A stretch of 64,000 nucleotides of DNA from Candidatus Latescibacterota bacterium (GTDB lineage Bacteria > Latescibacterota > UBA2968): contig OZ242320.1 of NCBI GenBank assembly GCA_965208125.1, forward strand, positions 3,744,001 through 3,808,000, read 5' to 3'. Of this stretch, positions 35,908 to 45,454 are shown piece by piece. The notes beneath the pieces were generated by a model. That model was not told the DNA's origin, did not search any database, and worked only from the letters and a program-made list of their open reading frames with translations. The translations under genes and the position numbers were made by a program. Position 1 is the first letter of the stretch, and every line of letters starts with the position of its first letter.

Positions 35908-36993
35908 ATGTCCGATCATACTTACTTTATTGTCGATAGCCACTTAGACCTCGCTTTTTGCGCCATTCAGGTCAACCGCGATCTCACGCAACCTGCGGCA
36001 ACCGTGCGGGTACACGATTCGGAACCGACTACGCGGAGTTTTGGGTCGTGTACGACCACGTTTCCCGAGTTGCACAAGGGGCGCGTGGGGATTGTATTTG
36101 GCACGGTGATGTCGCGTATTGATACCAATGATCGCTGGACGCGCACGGGGATGTGGGATCAGACGCAGTGTTACGGTGTCGGGATGGGGCATTATGCCTT
36201 TTATAAGGCGATGGAGCAACGGGGGATTATCCGGCAGATTCATACGGTTGAGGATCTGGACGCATGCGTTGCGGCGTGGGCGCAGCCTGCGGCAGATACC
36301 CCCATCGGGTTGGTGCTGGCGATGGAAAGCGCCGATCCGATTCTCGATCCCGATCAGGTGCCCGAATGGCGCGATCTGGGCTTGAAAATGGTGAGTATTT
36401 CGCATTATGGCGTGAGTTCTTATTGTCATGGAACGGGGACAGAAGGGGGATTGCTGGATCGGGGCAGGCCATTGCTCGACGCGCTCAAAACTGCGGGAAT
36501 TATTGTGGATATGACGCATACAACCGATCAAGCATTCTGGGAAATTCTCGATTATTACGATGGACCGGTGGCTGCAAGCCATCACAATTGTCGGGCATTG
36601 ACACCAGGGCAAAGACAGTTAACAGATGATATGATCCGCGCGATTGTTGAACGCAGCGGGGTTATTGGCGCGGCTTTTGATGCTTGGATGCTTGATCCAA
36701 AGTGGAAGCGGGGCGTGCCGTGTTATGAGCAGACCACAGAGGCGACGCTCGAGACTGTGGTTGATCACATTGATCATGTGTGTCAGATTGCTGGCAATGC
36801 GAATCATTCGGGCATTGGGACAGATCTCGATGGGGGGTATGGCCAGGAACAGTCGCCGCGAGATTTAAATACAATTGCCGATTTGCAGAATCTGGTGCCT
36901 ATTTTTGAACGGCGCGGATATTCAGAAGAGGATATTCAAAAGGTTTTGTCGGGAAATTGGGTGCGGTTGTTGAAGTCGGTGTGGAAAAGGTGA
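35908..36993 (+). CDS. Second peptidase M19 family protein (tandem paralogue)
   Basis: 'IVDSHLD', 'MESADPI', 'VDMTH', 'ASHHNCRAL', 'GTDLDGG'. Confidence 0.9.
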   Translation: MSDHTYFIVDSHLDLAFCAIQVNRDLTQPAATVRVHDSEPTTRSFGSCTTTFPELHKGRVGIVFGTVMSRIDTNDRWTRTGMWDQTQCYGVGMGHYAFYKAMEQRGIIRQIHTVEDLDACVAAWAQPAADTPIGLVLAMESADPILDPDQVPEWRDLGLKMVSISHYGVSSYCHGTGTEGGLLDRGRPLLDALKTAGIIVDMTHTTDQAFWEILDYYDGPVAASHHNCRALTPGQRQLTDDMIRAIVERSGVIGAAFDAWMLDPKWKRGVPCYEQTTEATLETVVDHIDHVCQIAGNANHSGIGTDLDGGYGQEQSPRDLNTIADLQNLVPIFERRGYSEEDIQKVLSGNWVRLLKSVWKR

Positions 36994-37005
36994 AAGGACA
37001 CAAAA

Positions 37006-38463
37006 ATGTCAGAGCGACCAAATTTGTTGTTGATTACAACAGATCAACAGCGAGGCGATTGCCTCGGGTGTGATGGGCATCCGGTACTGGAGACGCCGTA
37101 TCTCGATGAAATGGCCGAGCGAGGAGCGCATTTTCCCCACGCATATACGTCGGTGCCGTCGTGTACGCCTGCACGCGCGGGGATTATCACGGGGATGGAT
37201 CAATGGAATCACGGGCGGTTGACTATGACGGGAAGCCATCCGCTGGAATATCCGGCGACATTGCCGGGAGAACTCGCAGCGGCGGGGTATCACACGCAGG
37301 CTGTGGGTAAGATGCATCATGCCCCGCAGCGCAGGCTATACGGTTTTCACCACATGGTGCTGGATGAAAGTGGGCGGCGGATGGGAAACTTTATCAGCGA
37401 TTATCATTTGTTTTTTGATCAGCACAAAGAAGGTGTTTACGGGTATCGGGATCACAGTATCGACTGGAATTCATGGATGGCGCGGCCCAGCCATTTGCCC
37501 GAGCATTTGCATCCGACGCACTGGACGGCGAGCGAGGGGATTAAATTTTTGCAGCAACGCGATCCGACCAAACCGTTTTTTATGTGGCTTTCATTTGCGC
37601 GTCCTCATTCGCCTTATGATGCGCCCCAGGCGTATTGGGATATGTATATCAACAATGACAATATACCCAAAGCCGCTGTAGGAGACTGGGCAGCAGAGTT
37701 TGATAAAAAGATCGCGGATGTCAATGCGCCGCGTTCGCATCGCTCCGATGCTGAAACGCATAGGGGCCGGGCAGGGTATTACGGCAATATCACGTTTATC
37801 GATCACCAGATTGGGCGCGTGCTGTACGAGTTGCGCCGCCACGACCCGCAAACATACAGCAATACTCTGATTATTTTTACGTCTGATCACGGCGATATGA
37901 TGGGTGACCATCACCACTGGCGGAAGACGTATGCTTACGAAGGGTCTGCGCGCATTCCGTTTATCGTGAAGTATCCCGATACATGGCGCGATGTGGCGCG
38001 AGGGATGAAGTACGATCATCCGGTGGAGTTGCGCGATGTGATGCCCACATTGCTCGATGCTGCCGAAGTCGATATACCAGAGTCTGTAGATGGAAGGTCT
38101 CTTCTGGATATTGCGCGAGGGGATGACGAGGGATGGCGTGCGTTTGTGCAGGGTGAGCATACGTCGTGTTATACAAGAGAACACGGCATGCAATATGTGA
38201 CTGATGGGCACGAGAAGTATATCTGGTTTCATCACACGGGAGAAGAACAATTTTTTAATCTGGATGACGATCCATTGGAATGTTGCGAGTTGTCCAAAGA
38301 CCCGGCATACGAAACGCGCATAGCAATGTGGCGCAGTAGATTGGCAGAGGTGAATGAAAATCGGGGCGATCCGAGGGGACAAAATGGGGAACTCGTACCG
38401 CAGCCCGATGGCGCGCTGAGCCTGTCGCCAAATTATCAGAAATGGAAAGATGCCGCACAATAA
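37006..38463 (+). CDS. Sulfatase (arylsulfatase/choline-sulfatase-like), no signal peptide
   Basis: 'PNLLLITTDQQRGD', CTPAR motif, 'GKMH', 'SDHGDMMGDH'. Confidence 0.93.
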   Translation: MSERPNLLLITTDQQRGDCLGCDGHPVLETPYLDEMAERGAHFPHAYTSVPSCTPARAGIITGMDQWNHGRLTMTGSHPLEYPATLPGELAAAGYHTQAVGKMHHAPQRRLYGFHHMVLDESGRRMGNFISDYHLFFDQHKEGVYGYRDHSIDWNSWMARPSHLPEHLHPTHWTASEGIKFLQQRDPTKPFFMWLSFARPHSPYDAPQAYWDMYINNDNIPKAAVGDWAAEFDKKIADVNAPRSHRSDAETHRGRAGYYGNITFIDHQIGRVLYELRRHDPQTYSNTLIIFTSDHGDMMGDHHHWRKTYAYEGSARIPFIVKYPDTWRDVARGMKYDHPVELRDVMPTLLDAAEVDIPESVDGRSLLDIARGDDEGWRAFVQGEHTSCYTREHGMQYVTDGHEKYIWFHHTGEEQFFNLDDDPLECCELSKDPAYETRIAMWRSRLAEVNENRGDPRGQNGELVPQPDGALSLSPNYQKWKDAAQ

Positions 38464-38478
38464 AAATGCGAGGATGCT

Positions 38479-38973
38479 ATGGCCCAAAAATACTGGCTTG
38501 TAAAGTGCGAGTACGATGTGTGCTCTTTTGAAGAATTGAGCAATCGGCCCAGTGGAATTGGGTACTGGCGAGGGGTGCGCAATTATCAGGCGCGCAATTT
38601 TATCCGCGACGAAATGCAAAAAGGCGACCAGACACTTTTCTATCAGTCGAATTGTAAAAATCCCGGTGTTGCCGGTATTGCCAATATTGTGCGTACGGGA
38701 TATCCCGATCCCACTCAATTCGATGTGCGTCATCAGTACTACGACGAGAAATCTACCGAAGAAGATCCGCGCTGGTTTTCTTTTGACGTGCAGTGGTCAA
38801 AGGCATTTGAGCCTTATGTCAGCCTGCAAGATCTCAAGGATAATCCCAAGCTCAAAGATATGAAGGTGGTTCAACGCGGGCAGCGGTTGTCAATTCAGCC
38901 GGTGACAAGGAAGGAGTTTGAGATTGTCTGCGAGATGGGGGGCATATGGCGAGATGAGAAGGCCAGAGAATAG
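38479..38973 (+). CDS. EVE domain protein (thymocyte nuclear protein 1-like)
   Basis: 'YWLVK.E', 'W.GVRNYQARNF', 'YPDPTQFD', 'RLSIQPV'. Confidence 0.92.
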   Translation: MAQKYWLVKCEYDVCSFEELSNRPSGIGYWRGVRNYQARNFIRDEMQKGDQTLFYQSNCKNPGVAGIANIVRTGYPDPTQFDVRHQYYDEKSTEEDPRWFSFDVQWSKAFEPYVSLQDLKDNPKLKDMKVVQRGQRLSIQPVTRKEFEIVCEMGGIWRDEKARE

Positions 38974-39020
38974 AAAATGAAATTCTTCAAAGACAATTCG
39001 TTGCAGAGAAAAGGTACATC

Positions 39021-39614
39021 ATGCCGCGTAAAAACAGGGTTCTTAGCCTGGACGACACCGCCCCCTTATTTACTCTTCCGTCACATCAGCGGCAAGACGT
39101 ATCGCTCGTATCGTATCGAGGTAAAGAACATGTCATTCTGACGTTTTTTCGGGGAACCTGGTGAAAAAGAAGCCGTCGTCAGTTGGCGATAGTACAAGAA
39201 CATATAGATGCTTATACCGAACGCAATGCGACATCTATCGCTATCGCAGCAGGACAGCAACTCTGTGAACTGCGCGAATACGCCGAACAGAGTGGTATAA
39301 CCTATCCGCTTCTGGCGGACGCAGATCGAAGTGCCATCAAAAGCTATGGGGTCTATCACTGGTTTGGTCTGGCGTTTGCTCACAATCTCATTTACAACAT
39401 TTTGCGTCCAGCGGGATTTTTCATCGACAAACTCGGCTATTCGTTATACAACTGGCTCGGTCTGCCAGATCACAGCCTCGTTAACAGTATTGCCCGTCCA
39501 GCGATGTTTATCATCGATAAACTCGGGGTTATTAGATATATGTATATTGGGTCAAATCAGTTTGATTTAGCCGAACAGGAAGAAATTATCGAGCACTTGA
39601 AATTGCTACCATAA
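39021..39614 (+). CDS. AhpC/TSA peroxiredoxin-like protein, probable selenoprotein (TGA at codon 48, 39162-39164)
   Basis: One frame from ATG 39021: 'APLFTLPS...VSL.SYRGKEHVILTFFRGTW*KRSRRQL...YPLLADADR..IKSYGV...RPA.FIIDK.GVIRY'; TGA sits at the redox Cys position. Confidence 0.82.
39172..39193 (+). promoter_or_regulatory. Candidate bacterial SECIS hairpin
   Basis: GTCGTC-AGTT-GGCGAT stem-loop; loop starts 16 nt after UGA with G in second loop position. Confidence 0.6.
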
Positions 39615-39629
39615 TTCAGATTAAAAAAT

Positions 39630-39757
39630 AAATAAAACTTGACAAAAAATTGGTGGTATTCAAATATTCTTTTAATTTTAAAGAGTTTCTTATTAACAAG
39701 TTAAGTATGTGGTTCGCTGTCTCACCTCGAGAATTTGGATTAAAATGAGGCGATAGA
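39630..39757 (+). promoter_or_regulatory. Duplicated AT-rich upstream region, copy 1 (TTGACA at 39639)
   Basis: Near-identical to 40962-41089; contains inverted repeat CTTTTA-ATTT-TAAAAG. Confidence 0.7.
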
Positions 39758-40936
39758 ATGCAGATACCTTCTTCATATCAACCCGGGTATGAAAAAGCTC
39801 TTCTGACCGATCCCGATCTCGCCAAAACATACATCCAGCACACGCTCATTGGCGATCCCGATGCCGATGCCCTTATCAATGCAATATCCGACATTGACCA
39901 TGAGCAACAGGGCGAATTTATCCGGGTAGGAATGGATCAGGATGAGGAAAAATTGCGTGATGCGCCGCAGGGAGTGCGAGAGTTTTTTGAGAAGATCGGG
40001 ACGCCACCCGCGTGGTTTGATCCACAGTCCGTATATCCCGGATGCAGTGGCTTCCACGCGTACTCAGATCTGTTTCTCACCGCATTTGTCACCGATATCA
40101 TCATCCGGGGTTTCACAACGCTAATCAGTCAGTCGTTCTTTATGACGGGAAGGCTGACCGATTGGGGTGTGCGGCGGCTGAGACAGAATATCCGGCATCT
40201 TCTGGAAATTATGTTGCCGGGTGGCCTGGAGCGACATGGCGAGGGCTGGAAATTGTCCGTCCGTCTCAGGCTGGTGCATGCACAAATCAGGCGACATCTT
40301 CTCGCTTCTGAAGATTGGGACTATGAAGCCCACGGTCTGCCGATTAGTGCTGCCCATGTCGCGCTCGCATCCTGTAATTTTTCCGGGATGATGCTGGATT
40401 CAGCCGCGAGGATTGGCGCGCGTCTAAACGATGAAGAGCGCGACAGTTTCATGCAAATCTGGCGCTATACCGCTTATCTGATGGGTGTGCCCGATGTTCT
40501 ACTATTCCGCAATGAGACCGAAGCCAAAGAAATATTCCGCGTGGGCTATATCTGCGAGCCGTCCCCCGGCCTGGAAGCTATTGCTATGGCAAACTCTGTG
40601 ATTGCCTCTGCCCCTTTAGTGATTGGGATTGATGACAGGAGCGAGCGCGATGACCTGTCTAATTATGGGTATCGCCTTTCTCGATCGTTGCTTGGAGATG
40701 AACTCGCCGACCAACTCATGTTCCCAGAGAGTCGGACAGCCGGGGCCGGGACGCTGGCATATTTGAGGCTGAGGCGTAGAATTCAGGAGGTTATCGACGT
40801 CTTTCGGTGGGGAAAGAGACCGAGGCAGCGTACAAGGAATTTCATAACTCTGCTTCACATATCTATGCTCAAGCCAGATATGATCACTTACCGCTTGCCC
40901 AATCGCCTGCATGCAGATGCGGCGAGTTGGTGGTAA
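39758..40936 (+). CDS. MpaB/Lcp (rubber oxygenase catalytic domain, DUF2236)-like heme oxygenase, copy 1
   Basis: 'GDP.ADA', 'PPAWFD', 'TGRL....RRL', 'VRLRLVHAQIRRHL' heme-His motif, 'WRY..YLMGVP'. Confidence 0.82.
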   Translation: MQIPSSYQPGYEKALLTDPDLAKTYIQHTLIGDPDADALINAISDIDHEQQGEFIRVGMDQDEEKLRDAPQGVREFFEKIGTPPAWFDPQSVYPGCSGFHAYSDLFLTAFVTDIIIRGFTTLISQSFFMTGRLTDWGVRRLRQNIRHLLEIMLPGGLERHGEGWKLSVRLRLVHAQIRRHLLASEDWDYEAHGLPISAAHVALASCNFSGMMLDSAARIGARLNDEERDSFMQIWRYTAYLMGVPDVLLFRNETEAKEIFRVGYICEPSPGLEAIAMANSVIASAPLVIGIDDRSERDDLSNYGYRLSRSLLGDELADQLMFPESRTAGAGTLAYLRLRRRIQEVIDVFRWGKRPRQRTRNFITLLHISMLKPDMITYRLPNRLHADAASWW

Positions 40937-40961
40937 GGCGAGATGAGGCAGCCAAACTACC

Positions 40962-41089
40962 AAATAAAACTTGACAAAAAATGGGTGATATTCAAATATT
41001 CTTTTAATTTTAAAGAGTTTTTTATTAACAACTTAAGCAGGTGTTTCGCTAACTGACCTCGAGAATTTGGATTAAAATGAGGTGCTGAA
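40962..41089 (+). promoter_or_regulatory. Duplicated upstream region, copy 2 (TTGACA at 40971)
   Basis: Offset exactly 1332 bp from copy 1 at both TTGACA and start codon. Confidence 0.7.
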
Positions 41090-42265
41090 TTGCAGATCCC
41101 TTCTTCATATCAACCCGGGTACGAAGAGGCCCTTCTGACCGATCCCGATCTCGCCAAAACGTACATTCAACACACGCTTATCGGCGATCCCGATGCCGAT
41201 GCCCTGATCAATGGATTAGCCGGTATTGACGAGAAGCAACAGAGCGAATTTATCAGGGCTGGAATGGATCTGGATGAGGAAAAACTGCGTGATGCGCCGC
41301 AGGGAGTGCGGGAGTTTTTTGAGAAGATCGGGACGCCACCCGCGTGGTTCGATCCACAGTCCGTATATCCCGGATGCCGTGGCTTCCAAGCCTATTCAGA
41401 TCTGTTTCTTACCTCGTTTGTCGTGGATATTATTGTACAGGGTTTCACGACGCTGATCAGCCAATCGTTTTTCACCACAGGAAGGCTGACCGATTATGGG
41501 GTGCGGCGGCTAAAGCAAAATATACTTCACCTCCTGGAAATTATGTTGCCGGGTGGCCTGGAGCGACATGGCGAGGGCTGGAAACTGTCTGTCCGTCTGC
41601 GGCTGGTGCATGCACAGGTCAGGCGGCATCTTCTCGCTTCTGAGGAGTGGGACCATGAAGCCCACGGCATGCCGATCAGTGCTGCCCACATCGCGCTCGC
41701 GTCCTGTAATTTCTCCGGGATGCTGTTGCGGTCAGCCACGCGAATTGGCGCACGTCTAAACGATGAAGAACGCGACAGTTTTATGCAGATATGGCGCTAT
41801 ACCGCTCACCTGATGGGTGTGCCCGAGGCACTCTTGTTCAGCAATGAGACCGAAGCCTGTGAAATATACCGCGTGGGTTATATCTGCGAGCCACCCCCTG
41901 GTCTGGAAGCTATTGCTATGGCAAACTCGGTGATTGCCTCGGCTCCTTACGTGATCGGTATTAAAGACGAGAAAGAGCGAGATAATCTATCTGGTTTTGG
42001 GTACCGCCTTTCCCGAGCGTTAATTGGAGACGAACTCGCCGATCAACTCATGTTCCCCAAAAGTCGGACATCTGGGCCCGGGACACTGGTATATTTGCGG
42101 CTGAGGCGCAGAATCCAGGACATCCTCGATGTCCTGCTATGGTGGAGACCGGATCATCGTACCCAAAGCTTCATGGCCTTGCTCGACGTATCTACGCTCG
42201 AAGAACATAAAATCAGTTACCGATTACCCGACAAGCTACACGCAGACGAGGCGAAGCCGTGGTGA
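41090..42265 (+). CDS. MpaB/Lcp-like heme oxygenase, copy 2 (TTG start)
   Basis: Close paralogue of 39758-40936; same motifs, divergent C-terminal region. Confidence 0.82.
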   Translation: MQIPSSYQPGYEEALLTDPDLAKTYIQHTLIGDPDADALINGLAGIDEKQQSEFIRAGMDLDEEKLRDAPQGVREFFEKIGTPPAWFDPQSVYPGCRGFQAYSDLFLTSFVVDIIVQGFTTLISQSFFTTGRLTDYGVRRLKQNILHLLEIMLPGGLERHGEGWKLSVRLRLVHAQVRRHLLASEEWDHEAHGMPISAAHIALASCNFSGMLLRSATRIGARLNDEERDSFMQIWRYTAHLMGVPEALLFSNETEACEIYRVGYICEPPPGLEAIAMANSVIASAPYVIGIKDEKERDNLSGFGYRLSRALIGDELADQLMFPKSRTSGPGTLVYLRLRRRIQDILDVLLWWRPDHRTQSFMALLDVSTLEEHKISYRLPDKLHADEAKPW

Positions 42266-42344
42266 GGTATGACGGTCTTTATCCACCAATATATAAATGA
42301 GGAAATCATTCGCTCGGTGAACTCGTCGCCGCACTTAATCCGAA

Positions 42345-44648
42345 ATGGTCGAAGGAGTGTTTCTTTTGCGATTAGAACGTTACATCGCTGTCATTTTGCG
42401 CTATCGATGGTTGGTCGTTGCGCTCGCAACGCTGGTCATGCTGGCTATCGCGGCAGGTGTTCGCTTCATCACCGTTACAAATGATTACCGCATTCTATTT
42501 GGCGAAGACAATCCGCAACTCCTCGCTTTCGACGCTCTGGAGAACACGTATTCGGCCTCCAATGCGGCACTGATTGCCATTGCGCCGCGAGATGGCTCGG
42601 TGTTTACCCGCGAGGCGCTTGGCGCTGTTGAGGAACTGACCGAAGCCGCGTGGCTTGCGCCTTATTCCAGTCGCGTCAATTCCCTTACCAATTATACCCA
42701 TAGCGAAGCACTTGATGACGATTTGGTTGTCGCTCCGCTCGTTGACGACGCATCTTCTCTGAGTGATGCCGATGTGGTGCGAATCGAGAAGACCGCGCTG
42801 AACGCAATCGAAATTGCCGGACGTCTGGTGTCTCATGATGGGCGCACGGCCGGGGTGGCTATTAATTTTATTCTGCCCGAAAATCACGACCAGGCAGTAA
42901 TCGAAATTACCGATTATCTCAATTCGGTCCTCAGTCAAGCCCGCACGAGCCATCCGGATATCGATTATTACATGACCGGCGATGTCGTCATGAACCGGAC
43001 TTTCGCCGATGTCACGAAGAACGACATGGAGACTCTGACACCTGTTGTATTTCTCATCATTGTAGGTGCCACAATTATTCTCCTGCGTTCGATTCTCAGC
43101 ACTTTGGCTATTGTTGCCGTGCTCGTGTTTGTCATCAGTACGACTATGGGATTTGCCGGCTGGAATGGCGTGGTGTTCAGCCCCACCAATGCCGGTGTGC
43201 CGATTATTGTCATGGTGATCGCCATCGCGGATTCGATCCATGTTGTCACGAGTGTTTTATTGGGTATGAGACGCGGTCTGGACAGAAATGCGGCGATTGT
43301 TGAGTCGATCCGCATCAATGCCTATCCGGTATTTATCACTTCGGTCACGACGGCGATTGGATTCCTCAGTCTGAATGCCTCAGATTCGCCGCCTTTTCAC
43401 ATTCTGGGCAATTACGTGGCATTTGGTGTATTATGCGCGCTTGTTTACACTATGACGCTATTGCCGGCATTGCTTTCGATTCTGCCCTTGCGCGCGTCTC
43501 TTGTGCAGTCTCACGGGACGGCCTTTTTCGACCGTTTTGCCGACTTTGTCATCGCCCGTCGCAAATTTCTGCTCTGGTTCGTCACTGCGGTTGTCGTTGT
43601 CCTGATACTCGGCGTTCCCCGCATTGAGTTAAGCGATAATATGGCGCAGTATTTTGATGATCGATACGAGTTCCGGCGCGATACGGATTATATTATTGAT
43701 AATCTGACTGGTCTGGATAAGCTGGAATATTCGCTGAGTGCAGGGCGCGAAGGGGGTATTACCGATCCGGATTATCTGCGCCAGGTCGATGCTTTTGCCG
43801 AGTGGTACCGGGAACAACCCGAGGTGACCCATGTCCAGGCTTTTTCGGATATTATGAAACGTCTCAATAAAAATATGCATGGCGACGATCCCGCCTTTTA
43901 TCGCTTGCCTGAAGATCCGGATCTCGCGGCGCAGTATCTGTTGCTTTACGAGTTTTCGCTTCCGTTTGGCAGCGATCTTAACGACCGCATAGATGTCGCC
44001 AAATCCGCTACGCGTCTGAGTGTCGTGACCAGGAATGCGTGGTCTCGAGATCTGCGTGAACTCGATAAGCGCGCACAGGTCTGGCTCCAGGCCAATGCAC
44101 CCGCTTTTGCACACGAAGCATCGGGTCTGAGCATTGTCTTTGCCCATCTGTCCCTGCGAAATATCAGTAGTATGTTGCGCGGTACGATCACTGCGATGGC
44201 ACTCATTTCATTCATCCTGATCTGGATTTTCAAAAGTGTTCGGGTCGGTCTCCTCAGCTTGTTGCCCAATTTTATCCCCGCGATTATGAGCTTTGGCCTG
44301 TGGGGCTATCTCGTCGGCCATGTGGGTATTGCCTCTTCGGTGGTGATTGCCGTTGTTTTTGGAATTGTCGTGGATGATACGATTCATTTTCTGAGCAAAT
44401 ATCTGAAGGCCCGACGCGAGGGTCTTCCCGCTCCCGAGGCCGTGCGCTATACTTTTAACACGGTGGGCCATGCGTTATGGACGACGACCGCAGTGTTGTC
44501 CGTGGGATTTCTTGTGTTCGCCACATCGGGATTTGAGGTGAGTTGGGCACTCGGTCTTTTGGTCACGATTACGATTGTCTTCGCGCTTGTTGCCGACTTT
44601 TTACTTTTGCCAACTCTACTGATTGCTATTGATCGGAGAAATTCATGA
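42345..44648 (+). CDS. MMPL/RND family lipid transporter
   Basis: Two TM bundles; 'IAIADSIH' and 'GIVVDDTIHF' proton-relay motifs; 'QYLLLYE.SLPFG.DLN'. Confidence 0.9.
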   Translation: MVEGVFLLRLERYIAVILRYRWLVVALATLVMLAIAAGVRFITVTNDYRILFGEDNPQLLAFDALENTYSASNAALIAIAPRDGSVFTREALGAVEELTEAAWLAPYSSRVNSLTNYTHSEALDDDLVVAPLVDDASSLSDADVVRIEKTALNAIEIAGRLVSHDGRTAGVAINFILPENHDQAVIEITDYLNSVLSQARTSHPDIDYYMTGDVVMNRTFADVTKNDMETLTPVVFLIIVGATIILLRSILSTLAIVAVLVFVISTTMGFAGWNGVVFSPTNAGVPIIVMVIAIADSIHVVTSVLLGMRRGLDRNAAIVESIRINAYPVFITSVTTAIGFLSLNASDSPPFHILGNYVAFGVLCALVYTMTLLPALLSILPLRASLVQSHGTAFFDRFADFVIARRKFLLWFVTAVVVVLILGVPRIELSDNMAQYFDDRYEFRRDTDYIIDNLTGLDKLEYSLSAGREGGITDPDYLRQVDAFAEWYREQPEVTHVQAFSDIMKRLNKNMHGDDPAFYRLPEDPDLAAQYLLLYEFSLPFGSDLNDRIDVAKSATRLSVVTRNAWSRDLRELDKRAQVWLQANAPAFAHEASGLSIVFAHLSLRNISSMLRGTITAMALISFILIWIFKSVRVGLLSLLPNFIPAIMSFGLWGYLVGHVGIASSVVIAVVFGIVVDDTIHFLSKYLKARREGLPAPEAVRYTFNTVGHALWTTTAVLSVGFLVFATSGFEVSWALGLLVTITIVFALVADFLLLPTLLIAIDRRNS

Positions 44649-45454
44649 TACCAATACGACCAATACACCTGTTTTTCGCGCTTTGTCCAATTATTTTGTT
44701 TTGTCTCGGCGTGTCATCACCCGCTCGTTCCGAAAGTGCAGAGGAAACCGGGTTGAAAATCGCTCAGGATTCCCAGGATCGCGAGAAGGGTTTTGGTAAT
44801 TTTACAGCCCAACAAACCATGGTGTTGCGCAACAAACACGGACAAGAGAGTCGTCGCCAACTACGGGTAAAGGTTCTCGAGGTCTCCGAAGATGGCGACA
44901 AAAGTCTGTTTGTGTTCGATGAACCGCGCGATGTTAAGGGAACGGCGTTGCTTATTCACGCGCATAGGGAAAGCGCGGACGACCAATGGCTTTATTTGCC
45001 TGCTCTGAAACGCGTCAAACGCATTAGTTCGTCCAACCAGTCCGGCTCTTTTATGGGAAGTGAATTTGCTTATGAGGACCTGACCCCTCAGGCTGTGGAG
45101 AAATTTACCTATCGTTACCTGCGCGACGAGGCATATGGCGATTTGACATGCACGGTCTCAGAACGCTTTCCCGTGGATAAGAAATCGGGCTATAGCCGCC
45201 AGGTGGTCTGGAGGGACAAGGACGAGCTTCGCGTCTGGAAAGTGGAGTATTACGACCGCAAGAATTCACATCTGAAGACGCTTACGCTGGGGAATTATGC
45301 GCAGTACCTGGATCGTTACTGGCGCGCTGGGGAGATGACGATGGTCAATCATTTAACCGGGAAAAGTACGGTTCTGACCTGGACGGATTTCGAGTTTCAG
45401 ATAGATCTTAATGACCGCGATTTCACGCAAACCGGGCTAAGACGGGTGCGTTGA
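44645..45454 (+). CDS. Outer-membrane lipoprotein-sorting (LolA-like) periplasmic protein
   Basis: Signal peptide; 'P.DVKGTALL', 'DDQWLYLPALKRVKRIS....SGSFMGSEFAYED'. Confidence 0.88.
   Translation: MIPIRPIHLFFALCPIILFCLGVSSPARSESAEETGLKIAQDSQDREKGFGNFTAQQTMVLRNKHGQESRRQLRVKVLEVSEDGDKSLFVFDEPRDVKGTALLIHAHRESADDQWLYLPALKRVKRISSSNQSGSFMGSEFAYEDLTPQAVEKFTYRYLRDEAYGDLTCTVSERFPVDKKSGYSRQVVWRDKDELRVWKVEYYDRKNSHLKTLTLGNYAQYLDRYWRAGEMTMVNHLTGKSTVLTWTDFEFQIDLNDRDFTQTGLRRVR

Noticed and set aside
38479-38973. Modification-dependent restriction system around the EVE gene
   Set aside because: EVE domain is stand-alone with no nuclease or toxin partner nearby
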